64,000 bases of DNA from a candidate division FCPU426 bacterium (GCA_040756875.1 JBFLYH010000002.1:542526-606525), one strand, 5' to 3'. Positions 53,579 through 63,226 are shown, counted from the stretch's first letter. Numbers and translations are program-made. The notes: a model not told the origin generated them from the sequence alone.

Positions 53579-53615
53579 TTGAAATTCTCGAGCTGGTAGG
53601 CCTTGATCTTGCGCC
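53579..53615. repeat. 37-bp direct repeat, copy 1 (duplicate of the activator gene's 3' end)
   Basis: TTGAAATTCTCGAGCTGGTAGGCCTTGATCTTGCGCC, identical to 54226-54262. Confidence 0.95.
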
Positions 53616-53620
53616 GGTGG

Positions 53621-54067
53621 CTATTCCTCGCCCAGCGCTTCCAGGTCCGCCAGGTCACGCTTGCGGCCGACTGCCCGCTTATTGGCGATGAACTGCTTTC
53701 TGCCCAGGAAGCGGACAGACAATCGGCCGTAGGTACCGGACACACTGCCAGCTGCCGCTGCCTTCCAAGAAACGCCGGTTAAAGAGGTTAAAAGGTCCAC
53801 CCGCACCGGTGGAACGCCCAGTTGGATGACTTGCCCAGGGGCGGAGAAATCCCGAGGCTTGAAATTGAGGGATTTGAAGCCGAACGCAGTCAGCGCCTTC
53901 AGGATGCGGCCCGCATTCTTGACATCCGGCTTGATCAAAATATCCATGTCGCCGGTCATGCGGGGCGCGCCGTGATAGGCGAGCGCATAACCGCCCACGA
54001 TCAGGTATTCAACCTTGTGGACGTTGAATAACGCGAGCAGTTCTTTGAAGTCTGGTTGTAGGTCCAT
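53621..54067 (-). CDS. nucleotidyltransferase-fold protein
   Basis: VGGYALAYHGAPRMTGDMDI (GG...RxTxDxD), C-terminal KRAVGRKRDLADL. Confidence 0.8.
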   Translation of the reverse strand: MDLQPDFKELLALFNVHKVEYLIVGGYALAYHGAPRMTGDMDILIKPDVKNAGRILKALTAFGFKSLNFKPRDFSAPGQVIQLGVPPVRVDLLTSLTGVSWKAAAAGSVSGTYGRLSVRFLGRKQFIANKRAVGRKRDLADLEALGEE

Positions 54068-54197
54068 AGAATTGTCGGCGCAAAAAATCCACCGCTCCTA
54101 CCCTCTCTCCGGAATCACGGCGCAACCAATAGCGCCGGTCCTCCCCCGCGGAGTCCGAATCCCGCAGTTTGCGCTTGGAAACCTTTTTCTTCAGCAT
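54009..54197 (-). CDS. small basic partner protein (putative antitoxin or partner of the NTase)
   Basis: 62 aa, DRRYW...ERVGAVDFLR; overlaps the NTase start by 59 bp. Confidence 0.6.
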   Translation of the reverse strand: MLKKKVSKRKLRDSDSAGEDRRYWLRRDSGERVGAVDFLRRQFYGPTTRLQRTARVIQRPQG

Positions 54198-54221
54198 GGG
54201 ATGATTATACCACCGTTTAAC

Positions 54222-55571
54222 CTATTTGAAATTCTCGAGCTGGTAGGCCTTGATCTTGCGCCACAGCGTGGAGCGGCTGATGCCCAGGCTCTTGGCGGTC
54301 TCGGTCTGGTTGCCGCCAAAGCGGGTCAGGGCCTGCTTGATCAGGTCCTCCTCGGCTTGGTTGAGGCTCACGGGCTGCTCCTTGCGCGAGCCTTCCAGGG
54401 CGAGCTGCCCCCGCTGGAAAACCTGGGGCGGCAGGGAGGTTTTTTCGATCACCGTGCCGTCGGAGAGGATCACGCCGTGCTGGATGATGTTCTCCAGTTC
54501 GCGCACATTGCCCGGATAATCGTAATGCAGCAGCGAAAAGAGCGCGTCGCGTGTGATGGAGATGACGTTTTTGCCGAAACGCTGATTGTACTTGTGCAGG
54601 AAAAACTTGATGAGCGCCGGGACGTCCTCGGGCCGCTCGCGCAGAGGCGGCACGTGGATGTTGATGACATTCAGGCGGTAAAAGAGGTCCGAGCGGAACT
54701 GCTTCTGTGCGAGCTCGCCGGCCAGGTCGCGGTTGGTGGCGGCCAGGATCCTGACGTTGACGCGGACTTCGTCGTTGCCGCCCAGGGGCCGGATCTTGTC
54801 GTCTTCCAGCACGCGCAACAGCTTGACCTGCATGGCCGGGGAGAGTTCGCCCACTTCGTCCAGGAAAAAAGTCCCGCCCGCCGCCTGCTCGAACAACCCG
54901 GCCCGGTCCACGGTGGCACCCGTGAAGGCGCCCTTGCGGTAGCCGAATAATTCGGACTCGAGCAGGGTTTCGGGAATCGCGCCGCAGTTCACGGCCACGA
55001 ACGGTTTATGGCTGCGGGAAGACAGCCGGTGCACCGCGCGCGCAACCAGTTCCTTGCCCACGCCGGTTTCGCCGGTGATGAGCACCGGCGAATCGGTCGG
55101 CGCCACGCGGGCCGCGAGCAGGAAGGCGCGCCGGATGGCTTCGCTGTGCCCCACCACTTCGGCCTCCTGGAATTCCTCCAGGCTGGCCGGCAGAAGGCGG
55201 TGTTCCGGCTTGCCCTCATCGCGGCGCTCCCATTCGCCCAACAGCTGCTGCCACTGCCCGCTGTCCAGGGGCAGGGGCAGGTAGAAATCCGCGCCGCGCT
55301 GGATGGCCTCGGCCGCGCTGGCCACGTGCCCGGCGCGCGCCAGCCACAGGATCTTGTGCGGCCGCTGCTCGCGCAGGAGGGAGACCAGGTCCAGGTCGCC
55401 GCCCACGCTGTTCTCGTCCAATACCACCACGTCGTAGGCCGCGGCGCCGGACTGGTCCAACAGGCGGTCCTTTTCCCTCAGCTCGTCCAGCTGATAACGC
55501 GACTGGGCCAGGCTCTTCTGGAATTCGTCCTTGAGCGCCCGGTCTTCAGAGAGAATGAGGATTTTACGCAT
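54222..55571 (-). CDS. sigma54-dependent transcriptional activator with atypical receiver domain
   Basis: GETGVGKE, ESELFGYRKGAFTGA, FLDEVGE, YPGNVRELEN, Fis-type HTH. Confidence 0.93.
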   Translation of the reverse strand: MRKILILSEDRALKDEFQKSLAQSRYQLDELREKDRLLDQSGAAAYDVVVLDENSVGGDLDLVSLLREQRPHKILWLARAGHVASAAEAIQRGADFYLPLPLDSGQWQQLLGEWERRDEGKPEHRLLPASLEEFQEAEVVGHSEAIRRAFLLAARVAPTDSPVLITGETGVGKELVARAVHRLSSRSHKPFVAVNCGAIPETLLESELFGYRKGAFTGATVDRAGLFEQAAGGTFFLDEVGELSPAMQVKLLRVLEDDKIRPLGGNDEVRVNVRILAATNRDLAGELAQKQFRSDLFYRLNVINIHVPPLRERPEDVPALIKFFLHKYNQRFGKNVISITRDALFSLLHYDYPGNVRELENIIQHGVILSDGTVIEKTSLPPQVFQRGQLALEGSRKEQPVSLNQAEEDLIKQALTRFGGNQTETAKSLGISRSTLWRKIKAYQLENFK

Positions 55572-56256
55572 GCCGCGTGTCCTTTGCGTCCGGCCGCACG
55601 CGCGGCGTGCGCCAGACCTTCCAGATGAATTTAGGCAACCGTCCCAGGCGCCGCAGCCGCCAGGGTTCCTGCCAGGTTCGATACAGCCATTCCAGCCCCG
55701 CGCGCCGCATCCAGAGGGGCGCGCGCTTCAGGTCGCCGGCCGCGACGTCGAGGCCGCCGCCCACGCCCAGGGCGACGCGGACCGCGAGCTCGCGGTGATG
55801 GCGGTCGATGAAACGTTCCTGGGCCGGCTGGCCCAGGCCCACCACCAGCAGGCCCGGCTGCGCCTGGTTGATGCGCGCGATCAGGGCCGCTTCGTCCTCG
55901 GCCTGCCAGAATCCGTCCGCGCAGCCGCATATCTTCAGGCCGGGAAAGCGCTCCTGCAGTTTTTTCCCCGCCCGTTCGGCCACGCCCGGTTTCCCGCCGA
56001 GCAGGAACACGCCCTGGCCTTCGGCCGCGCACACGCCCGCCAGGTCGAACAGGAGGTCCACCCCGGGCAAGCGCGCGGCTTTGACGCCGGTCAGCCGCCG
56101 GATGGCCCAGACCGCGCCCGCGCCGTCCGCGGTCAGCAGGTCGGCGCGGTTCAGCACCTCTGCGTAGTCCGGGTCCTCGTAGGCTTCCAGCAGGGTCAGG
56201 GCGCTGACCGTGTAAATGGACTGGCACCCAGCCCCGCTTGCGCCGGTCAGCGGCAA
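55564..56256 (-). CDS. WecB/TagA/CpsF glycosyltransferase
   Basis: ADGAGAVWA, PGVDL, VGLGQPAQE, GVGGGLD, RAPLWMRRAGLEWLYR. Confidence 0.9.
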   Translation of the reverse strand: MPLTGASGAGCQSIYTVSALTLLEAYEDPDYAEVLNRADLLTADGAGAVWAIRRLTGVKAARLPGVDLLFDLAGVCAAEGQGVFLLGGKPGVAERAGKKLQERFPGLKICGCADGFWQAEDEAALIARINQAQPGLLVVGLGQPAQERFIDRHHRELAVRVALGVGGGLDVAAGDLKRAPLWMRRAGLEWLYRTWQEPWRLRRLGRLPKFIWKVWRTPRVRPDAKDTRHA

Positions 56257-57152
56257 AGCTGATCCACCTGCCCGCGCAGGAATTCCACCAACGCCGGCCT
56301 CGCCTCGCGGTCCTTGAGCGCGAACGCCAGGGTGGCCTTGACGAATTCGAGCTTGTTGCCGATGTCATGCCGGATGCCGTGGAACTGCCAGGCATGGATC
56401 GGCCGGCGCCGGTTGAGGCGCCGCAGGGCGTCGGTCAGCTGGATTTCATGCCCGGCGCCCGGCCGGGTCTCGGCCAGCAGATCGAATATGTCCGGCGTCA
56501 GGATGTAGCGGCCGACGATGCCCAGGCAGGAAGGCGCTTTTTCCGGCTGGGGTTTCTCGACCAGATCCAGCACGCGATACAGGCGCGCCGACAGGGCCTT
56601 GGGCCGGATGATGCCGTAGGCCCGCGTGCGCTCCCTCGGCACTTCCTCCACGGCCAGCACGGGTGCGAGGGTGCGGCGCCACACGGCCAGGAGCTGGCTC
56701 ATGACCGGCTGCGGATGGTCGATGATGTCGTCCCCCAGAAACACGGCAAACGGCTCGTTGCCCACGAAACTGCGGGCGCACAGCACGGCGTGCCCCAGCC
56801 CGCGCGGCTCCTTTTGGCGCACATAGTGCAGGTTGACCATGTTCGAAATCCGCTGGACCAGGTGCAGGTCCGCCAGCTTGCCCGTGCGCTGCAGGGTTTC
56901 CTCCAGCTCGATGGACCGGTCGAAGTGGTTCTCGATGGACTGCTTGTTGCGGCCCGTGACCACCAGGATGTCGCGGATGCCCGCGGCCACGGCTTCCTCG
57001 ATCACATACTGGATGGCCGGTTTGTCGTAGATGGGCAGCATTTCCTTGGGCTGCGCCTTGCTGGCAGGCAGAAAGCGGGTGCCCAGCCCGGCGGCCGGAA
57101 TCACGGCTTTGGTGATCCGCTTGGGAAATTCGTTCCCTGCGCGTTTAGTCAT
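56247..57152 (-). CDS. galU: UTP--glucose-1-phosphate uridylyltransferase
   Basis: KAVIPAAGLGTRFLPASKAQPKEMLP, LVEKP, EIQLTDA. Confidence 0.95.
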   Translation of the reverse strand: MTKRAGNEFPKRITKAVIPAAGLGTRFLPASKAQPKEMLPIYDKPAIQYVIEEAVAAGIRDILVVTGRNKQSIENHFDRSIELEETLQRTGKLADLHLVQRISNMVNLHYVRQKEPRGLGHAVLCARSFVGNEPFAVFLGDDIIDHPQPVMSQLLAVWRRTLAPVLAVEEVPRERTRAYGIIRPKALSARLYRVLDLVEKPQPEKAPSCLGIVGRYILTPDIFDLLAETRPGAGHEIQLTDALRRLNRRRPIHAWQFHGIRHDIGNKLEFVKATLAFALKDREARPALVEFLRGQVDQLCR

Positions 57153-58914
57153 TGTTCACCTCGGGTTGTTGCCGGGATTTCAAAAATGCCTCCACCTCAT
57201 CGCTGGTGGTGTAGGTCAGCGCCTGTTCGGCCAGTTCCCGGCTCTGGGCGAAGTTGATTTCGCGGATGCACTTCTTCACCTGCGGTACGAAGGCCGGCCC
57301 GGTCGAGAACTCGTCCAGGCCGAGGCCGACCAAAAGGGGAGTGAACAGCGGGTCCGCAGCCATCTCGCCGCACATGCCGGCCCAGATCTGCGCGGCGTGG
57401 GCGGCTTGGATCACCTGTTTCAGCAGGCGCAGGATGGCCGGGTGCAGCGGCTTGTACAAGTAGGCGACTTTCTCGTTGATGCGGTCCGCGGCCACGGTGT
57501 ATTGGATAAGGTCGTTCGTGCCCACGGAGAAAAAGTCCGCCTCCTTGGCCAGGATATCGGCGGTGAGGGCCGCAGACGGCAGTTCGATCATGATGCCGAC
57601 TTCCATGTTCTTGTCGAAGGGCAGCCGGCGCCGGCCGAGGTCGCGCTGGGCCTCCTTGAGCAGGGCCTTGGCCTGCAGCAGCTCGGAGATGTCCGAAATC
57701 ATGGGGAACATGATTTTCAACTTGCCGAAGTGCGACGCCCGTAAAATCGCGCGCAGCTGGGTCTTGAACAGTTCCTGGTGCTCCAAGCACAGCCGGATGC
57801 CCCGGAGGCCGAGAAACGGGTTCATTTCCGTGGTGGTGCCCAGGCGGGAGAGGAACTTGTCCCCGCCCAGATCCAGGGTGCGCACCACGGTGGGGTACGG
57901 CAGGCAGTGGCGGGCCACTGCCTGGTAGGCTTCGAACTGTTCGTCCTCGCTGGGCAGGTCCCTCCGGTTCAAATACAGGAACTCGGTGCGGAACAAGCCC
58001 ACGCCTTCGGCGCCGTACTTGCGCGCCTGTTGGACATCCTCGGGCTGCTCGATGTTCGCGGCCACGGTCAGGCGGTAGCCGTCCTGGGTGACGGCGGTGA
58101 GCCCCTTGAGCTTTTTCAGCTTGCGGGCCCACTGCTGCATTTTTTCCTGGGACTGGCGGTATTTGGCCAGGGTGGCGGCGTCCGGATTGACGATGACCAC
58201 GCCCATGCTGCCGTCCACCACCACCAGGTCGCCGTTGGCGACGTTGTCGGTGATGTTCTTCAACCCGACCACGGCCGGCAGCTCCAGTGAACGGGCCAGA
58301 ATCGCCGCGTGGGACGTCCGGCCGCCGATGTCCGTGGCAAAACCGATGACCCGCTCCCGCCGCATGGTCGCGGTCTGGGACGGCGTGAGGTCCCGGGCCA
58401 CCACCACCACGTCCTCCTCGACGTCGGAGAGGAGATCCATGGGCTGGCCCGTGAGGTTCCGCAGCAGGCGCTCTACCACGTCTTCCACGTCCGCGGCCCG
58501 TTCCTGCAGGTATTCGTCGCTGGATTCGCGGAATTGTTTGACCAGCGCCTCCTTGATATCCTGCAGCACGAATTCGGCGTTGAGACGGTTGAGCTTGATC
58601 TGGTCGCGGGAAGCCTGGATCAGCATCGGATCCTGCAGGATGTGAAGGTAGGCGTTGAAAATCTCAGCCTCCTTGAACCCCACGTCCAGGGCGACTTTCT
58701 GCTTGATGGTCTCGATCTCCTTGCGGGTCGCGTCGATCGCGGCCTGCAGGCGGGTCAATTCCTTCTCCACCAGGGGTTCGGCCAGGCGGTTTTTCTTGAT
58801 TTGGACGTCGCGGGTTCCGACCAGATACGCCTTGCCGATGGTTATTCCCGGCGAAGCCGGGACTCCCTGGCAGGTCTGGTGGGTCTGATTCGTCCGGGGA
58901 CGCTCGGGCACCAT
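57145..58914 (-). CDS. ptsI: PTS enzyme I
   Basis: GGRTSHAAILARS, GVGLFRTEFL, SVGTNDLIQY, MCGEMA. Start set at MVPERP. Confidence 0.95.
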   Translation of the reverse strand: MVPERPRTNQTHQTCQGVPASPGITIGKAYLVGTRDVQIKKNRLAEPLVEKELTRLQAAIDATRKEIETIKQKVALDVGFKEAEIFNAYLHILQDPMLIQASRDQIKLNRLNAEFVLQDIKEALVKQFRESSDEYLQERAADVEDVVERLLRNLTGQPMDLLSDVEEDVVVVARDLTPSQTATMRRERVIGFATDIGGRTSHAAILARSLELPAVVGLKNITDNVANGDLVVVDGSMGVVIVNPDAATLAKYRQSQEKMQQWARKLKKLKGLTAVTQDGYRLTVAANIEQPEDVQQARKYGAEGVGLFRTEFLYLNRRDLPSEDEQFEAYQAVARHCLPYPTVVRTLDLGGDKFLSRLGTTTEMNPFLGLRGIRLCLEHQELFKTQLRAILRASHFGKLKIMFPMISDISELLQAKALLKEAQRDLGRRRLPFDKNMEVGIMIELPSAALTADILAKEADFFSVGTNDLIQYTVAADRINEKVAYLYKPLHPAILRLLKQVIQAAHAAQIWAGMCGEMAADPLFTPLLVGLGLDEFSTGPAFVPQVKKCIREINFAQSRELAEQALTYTTSDEVEAFLKSRQQPEVNND

Positions 58915-58919
58915 GCGTT

Positions 58920-59189
58920 CTATTCCTTTTCTCCGAATTTGTTGTTCACCAGCGCGACCAGGGCTTCCATGGCCTCGTGCTCGTCCTCGCCGTCCGTGGT
59001 GATGGTTACGACCGCTCCGCAGGCCGCGCCCAGGGTCATGAGGCCCATGATGCTTTTGGCGTTTACCTGGCGCGATCCCTTGCGCAGATAGATCTGGCAT
59101 TGGAATTTGTTGCCGGTCTCGATGAAGACCGCGGCCGCGCGCAGATGCATGCCGAGCTTGTTGGAGATGGTGACTTCGCGTTCGAGCAT
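58920..59189 (-). CDS. ptsH: phosphocarrier protein HPr
   Basis: GMHLRAA (His15), NAKSIMGLM (Ser46). Confidence 0.95.
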   Translation of the reverse strand: MLEREVTISNKLGMHLRAAAVFIETGNKFQCQIYLRKGSRQVNAKSIMGLMTLGAACGAVVTITTDGEDEHEAMEALVALVNNKFGEKE

Positions 59190-59217
59190 GGAGCCCCCGG
59201 CATTCTAGGCCGGGATT

Positions 59218-59373
59218 CCTCCCTTCGACTTGCGGGTCTCTGTTTCTTCGGGGCGACCACCGGAAGCACCTTGGCGCCTCGGCGCCAAAATATCTAGCCG
59301 GTCGGTGCGACATCCCCGGAGCAGAGCGTTCCGTTTAGAGCCTGGCAAGTATGCTGTCCCCTGCGAAGGGGAT
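59218..59373. other. candidate structured RNA in the IID-HPr spacer
   Basis: Nested stems ACTTGC/GCAAGT, CTCTG/CAGAG, CGGGG/CCCCG, ACCGG/CCGGT, TTGGCGCC/GGCGCCAA; flanking hairpin TCCCCT-GCGA-AGGGGA. Confidence 0.4.
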
Positions 59374-59380
59374 AAAAACC

Positions 59381-60154
59381 CTAAATCCACCCGAGAACGG
59401 CCAATAACACGGCCGAACCCGTCAGCAGATAGAATAGCTGCGTGGCCGATAACCCGATTGCCAACAGCATGTAAGCCAGGGCGGTCGCGCCCAACCCCAG
59501 ACCTGCCATGGCCGGGTAGGACAATTCCCAGGCCGGCGCGCCCTGGCTCCACGCCAGGAGGGCGGTCGCGCCCAGCAGTACGGAAGCCATCCAGCCCAGA
59601 CGCCGGGCAATCAGCTGAGGGTTGAACCGGCGGAGATCCTTGACGATCTCCAGGCCGCGGGCGTATCCCACGAGCACGCCTCCTGCCCGCAGGCTGAGAT
59701 GCGCCAGGTTGAACAACAGCAGGTACAGCACCGGGCCGAGCAACGCCAGGCCCGGATGGCCGCTGCCCGCAGCCCAGATCCAGCACACGGCCAGCAACGC
59801 CAGGGAGGGCTTGAGCATGGCCCAAAACACGGTGTCGCCGAGCGCGGCCAACGGACCCATCATGCTGCCCTTGATGCGCCGGGCGGCTTCGGGGTCGTTT
59901 TCCTCTTCCAGCCGGCACACCACCCCCAGAATGATCGAAGCGCAATAGGGATGGGTGTTGAAAAATTCCAAATGCCGCGCGAGCAGTGCCTGCCGCCGTT
60001 CGGGTTCCGGATACAATGCCCGGGCCAGGGGAACCAGCGCAAAACTGAACCCCACGTTCTGCATGCCCTGGAAGTTCCAGCAGGTTTGCAGGAACAAGGA
60101 GCGCCAGATCACCGCCCACAACGTTCTCCAGGTTACGCGGCGTGGGGCGCTCAT
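59381..60154 (-). CDS. PTS mannose/fructose/sorbose family IID
   Basis: WNFQGMQNVGF, FFNTHPY, MMGPLAALGDTVFW. Confidence 0.93.
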   Translation of the reverse strand: MSAPRRVTWRTLWAVIWRSLFLQTCWNFQGMQNVGFSFALVPLARALYPEPERRQALLARHLEFFNTHPYCASIILGVVCRLEEENDPEAARRIKGSMMGPLAALGDTVFWAMLKPSLALLAVCWIWAAGSGHPGLALLGPVLYLLLFNLAHLSLRAGGVLVGYARGLEIVKDLRRFNPQLIARRLGWMASVLLGATALLAWSQGAPAWELSYPAMAGLGLGATALAYMLLAIGLSATQLFYLLTGSAVLLAVLGWI

Positions 60155-60903
60155 GCGTACCCCTTCCGCGACGCCAGGAACAAGCTGACGGCCATGGCCA
60201 AAGCCGCCAGCAGCAGGCCGCCGTGGGGCCAGATCCACAAGCCCAAGCCGATAACCACGGCGGTCAGTCCCAGCATGGCCGGTTGGCCGTTCTTCCCCAC
60301 GGCATCCCAGGCTACGGCCAGCGGCAACGCCGGCAGAAACAGCGCGACCACGTCCAATCCCCGTAGCAGGGACGCGGGCGGCTGAAAACCGCCCAGCCAT
60401 CCGGTCAGGACGCCGAGCCACAGCCAGTACACTGCGAAATTGCGCGTGAACATGGTTGGCAGGCCGCTGAGATTCACGGCCGCCAGGCCCAGGCTGCCGT
60501 ATCGCTGCAGCCAGTCCTCCGCCTGCCTGGACAAACGGCTGTTGCCGTGCCGGACCAGGATGTCCAGCCGTCCGGACAGCCACCCGGCCGGAATCGAGAT
60601 GGCCAGCGCCCAGACCAGGGCCGTCGGCCCGGTCCAGCCGTAATGCGTCAGGCGGACAGCCAGAATCGTGGCGATTCCGGCGGAAACCGAATGGTCGGAA
60701 GGAATGTAAGCCCCCACGGGCAGCACATTGCTCCATAGCAACTGCAGCACCGCGCCCGCCGCCAAACCCATGGCCAAATCGCCAAGCAGCCAGCCGAACA
60801 AGCTGCTTACGATCAGGGGCTGCGAAAGCATGAATTGCCCGACCACGGCCTGATCCAAGGCCAGCAGGGCTCCTAGGATGGACAATCCCAGGGTTTGGTC
60901 CAA
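60151..60903 (-). CDS. PTS mannose/fructose/sorbose family IIC
   Basis: QFMLSQPLI, LQLLW...PVGAYIP; hydrophobic; lies between IIB and IID. Confidence 0.88.
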   Translation of the reverse strand: MDQTLGLSILGALLALDQAVVGQFMLSQPLIVSSLFGWLLGDLAMGLAAGAVLQLLWSNVLPVGAYIPSDHSVSAGIATILAVRLTHYGWTGPTALVWALAISIPAGWLSGRLDILVRHGNSRLSRQAEDWLQRYGSLGLAAVNLSGLPTMFTRNFAVYWLWLGVLTGWLGGFQPPASLLRGLDVVALFLPALPLAVAWDAVGKNGQPAMLGLTAVVIGLGLWIWPHGGLLLAALAMAVSLFLASRKGYA

Positions 60904-60927
60904 GCCTTCCTCCCGGCCCGCCCCGGC

Positions 60928-61419
60928 TCAACCTTTGGGCGGGAAATATTTACGAATGTCCACCGGCTCATCCGTGGGCACCATCTGCACGGTAACGCGA
61001 ACGCCCTCCTGGACGAGCTTTTGGAATGCCTTCATGTCCTCTTCGTCCACGGCGATCGCCTTGAGGATCTGGCGCTTGCCCGGGCTGTAACGCAGGCCGC
61101 CCACGTTCAATTCCTGCAGGCGCAATCCCCGGTCCACGGCCCGGCAAACGTCCCAGGGGGACGAAAAAAGCAGCAGCGTACGTTTGCCGTCGAGCTCCAG
61201 CCGGTTGCAGGCCGCGGCGGTTTCCTCCACGCGGCAGATCAGCACTTTCGTCCCCGGCGCGCCGGCCATTTCCATCAGCGTGCGGCGCAGGGAGTCCTGT
61301 TCCACCTGGTCGTCCGCGACCAGCAGGACTTCGGGTTTGGTGACTTTCGCCCAGCCCACGGCCACCTGGCCGTGGATCAAGCGGTCGTCGAGGCGGGTCA
61401 AAACCAGGTTCGCGGGCAT
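60928..61419 (-). CDS. PTS mannose/fructose/sorbose family IIB
   Basis: RLDDRLIHGQVAVGW. Confidence 0.93.
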   Translation of the reverse strand: MPANLVLTRLDDRLIHGQVAVGWAKVTKPEVLLVADDQVEQDSLRRTLMEMAGAPGTKVLICRVEETAAACNRLELDGKRTLLLFSSPWDVCRAVDRGLRLQELNVGGLRYSPGKRQILKAIAVDEEDMKAFQKLVQEGVRVTVQMVPTDEPVDIRKYFPPKG

Positions 61420-61426
61420 CCGGGCC

Positions 61427-61852
61427 TCAGGTCTCCGACGACCAGTGCAGGAATTCGTTGGCGTGCAGCACGGCTTTCTTCCCCTTGTCTTTTACGAAAT
61501 CGGTGATTTGCGCCAGGTTCATGAGCGAGCGGTGCGTTACCGCCTCGATGAGCATGGGCAGACTGACGCCGGTCACCACCTGCAAATGGGGATAATCGCG
61601 GGTCAACGCCAAAGCCACGTTGCTGGGCGTGCCCCCGAACATGTCCACCAGCGCCAGGCAGCCTCCTCCGGGCTGTTCCGGCGGCTTGATGACGGAGGTC
61701 AGCTTGCGGGTGAGGTCCTCGATGCCCTCGTGCATTTCCAGGCATACGGGGCTCAAGTCGGCCTGGCGTCCCACGATCAGCTCCGTAGTGTTGATCAGTT
61801 CGATCGCCAACCGTCCGTGGGTGACCACGATTATCTGGATCATCGTTTCCAC
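61427..61852 (-). CDS. PTS mannose/fructose family IIA
   Basis: VVTHG, VDMFGGTPSN, TGVSLPML. Confidence 0.93.
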   Translation of the reverse strand: METMIQIIVVTHGRLAIELINTTELIVGRQADLSPVCLEMHEGIEDLTRKLTSVIKPPEQPGGGCLALVDMFGGTPSNVALALTRDYPHLQVVTGVSLPMLIEAVTHRSLMNLAQITDFVKDKGKKAVLHANEFLHWSSET

Positions 61853-61876
61853 CGCCTTGGGATCAATCCCCTTGGT

Positions 61877-63226
61877 TCATATGACTATCAGTTTCATAAT
61901 CACCCGCGCCAGCTGCCCCGGACGATGGCGGAAGAAATCCTCGCCGCCGGCCATGCGGGCGCGAATCAAGGTCATGCCCCAGTTCTCCAACTGGGCCGCA
62001 TCCTCGGCCCGCGGCAGCACGGGCTCGGCTTTCATCTGCGCATACCGGGTCAGTACGTCCTGGCCGGGCATTTCAGTGTTGGCCAGGACGTACTGGATCA
62101 GATCCGGCCGCGTGTGTTCGCGCAGGATCCGCACGTGATCCAGCAGCGTCAGACGGTCGGTCTCGCCCGGCTGGGTCATGACATTGCAGACGTAAATCTT
62201 GACCGCGTTGGACGCCGCGATATCCTCGGCGATGCCCGGCACCAGCAGGTTGGGCAGGATGCTGGTGTAGAGGCTGCCCGGCCCGATGATGATGGCTTCG
62301 GCCTCGGCGATGGCCTGGCGGGTTTCCGGCGTGGGGCGCACGTCCGGAGGCACCAGTCGCAGCCGCTGGACCGGGCCGCCGCTGCGGCCGATCTGCGATT
62401 CGCCCTTGATCACGGTTCCATCCGCCAGTTCCGCTTCCAAAGAAACGGGGTCCACGGTCACGGGCAGCACCTGCCCGCTTACGGCCAGCACCTGGCTGGC
62501 CGCCTTGACGCCCGAAGCAAAGTCGCCCGTGATTTCCCCCAGGGCGGTGATGAAAAGGTTCCCGAAGGAGTGCCCTTCAATGCCCCCGCCCTCCCCCCGG
62601 AACCGGTGCTGGAAGAGCTGGCTGAGCAGGGGGCTGGTTTCCGCCAGGGCGACGAGGCAGTTGCGCAAATCGCCCGGCGGCAGGGTCCGGTATTCGCGGC
62701 GCAGGCGCCCCGAGCTGCCGCCGTCGTCCGACATGGCCACAATGGCGGAAATGTTCGCCGTGTACTCCTTGAGGCCCGAGAGCAGAGCCGGCAGTCCGGT
62801 TCCGCCGCCGATCGCCACCAGGCGCGGCCCGCGCTTGAGGCGCAGCCGCTTCAGCGCCACCGTGACATATTCGCTTTCCCGCGCCGGCATCAGCACGGTC
62901 AACACCGAGTACAGCCCGCGCCGGAAGGCCAGCACCGCGCCGGCCAATCCCAGGGCGAGCAGCATGAAATCCACGAACCGCAGGCTCTGGATCTGTTTGG
63001 CCAGGGGCCGCACGTCGATGACCTTGACTTCGAAATTACGGAACACGTCCCCCATCATGCCGGAAATCCCCACGCCGATGACTACGGCGGAGAGCAGCAG
63101 CAAAAACAGCCAGCGTTTGAGGCGCACGCCGGGATAGAGCCAGCGCCAGCCAAAACGCTGTTCCCAGCGGGCGCGACTCCGGCGTTGGACGGGTGCTGCA
63201 TTCTGTGGCACAGTGGCCTCTTTCAC
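61877..63226 (-). CDS. yvcK: YvcK/GlmR (gluconeogenesis factor) family protein with N-terminal TM segment
   Basis: IGGGTGL, DDGGSSGRLR, PPGDLRNC, GHSFGNL, GPGSLYTS. Confidence 0.92.
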   Translation of the reverse strand: MKEATVPQNAAPVQRRSRARWEQRFGWRWLYPGVRLKRWLFLLLLSAVVIGVGISGMMGDVFRNFEVKVIDVRPLAKQIQSLRFVDFMLLALGLAGAVLAFRRGLYSVLTVLMPARESEYVTVALKRLRLKRGPRLVAIGGGTGLPALLSGLKEYTANISAIVAMSDDGGSSGRLRREYRTLPPGDLRNCLVALAETSPLLSQLFQHRFRGEGGGIEGHSFGNLFITALGEITGDFASGVKAASQVLAVSGQVLPVTVDPVSLEAELADGTVIKGESQIGRSGGPVQRLRLVPPDVRPTPETRQAIAEAEAIIIGPGSLYTSILPNLLVPGIAEDIAASNAVKIYVCNVMTQPGETDRLTLLDHVRILREHTRPDLIQYVLANTEMPGQDVLTRYAQMKAEPVLPRAEDAAQLENWGMTLIRARMAGGEDFFRHRPGQLARVIMKLIVI

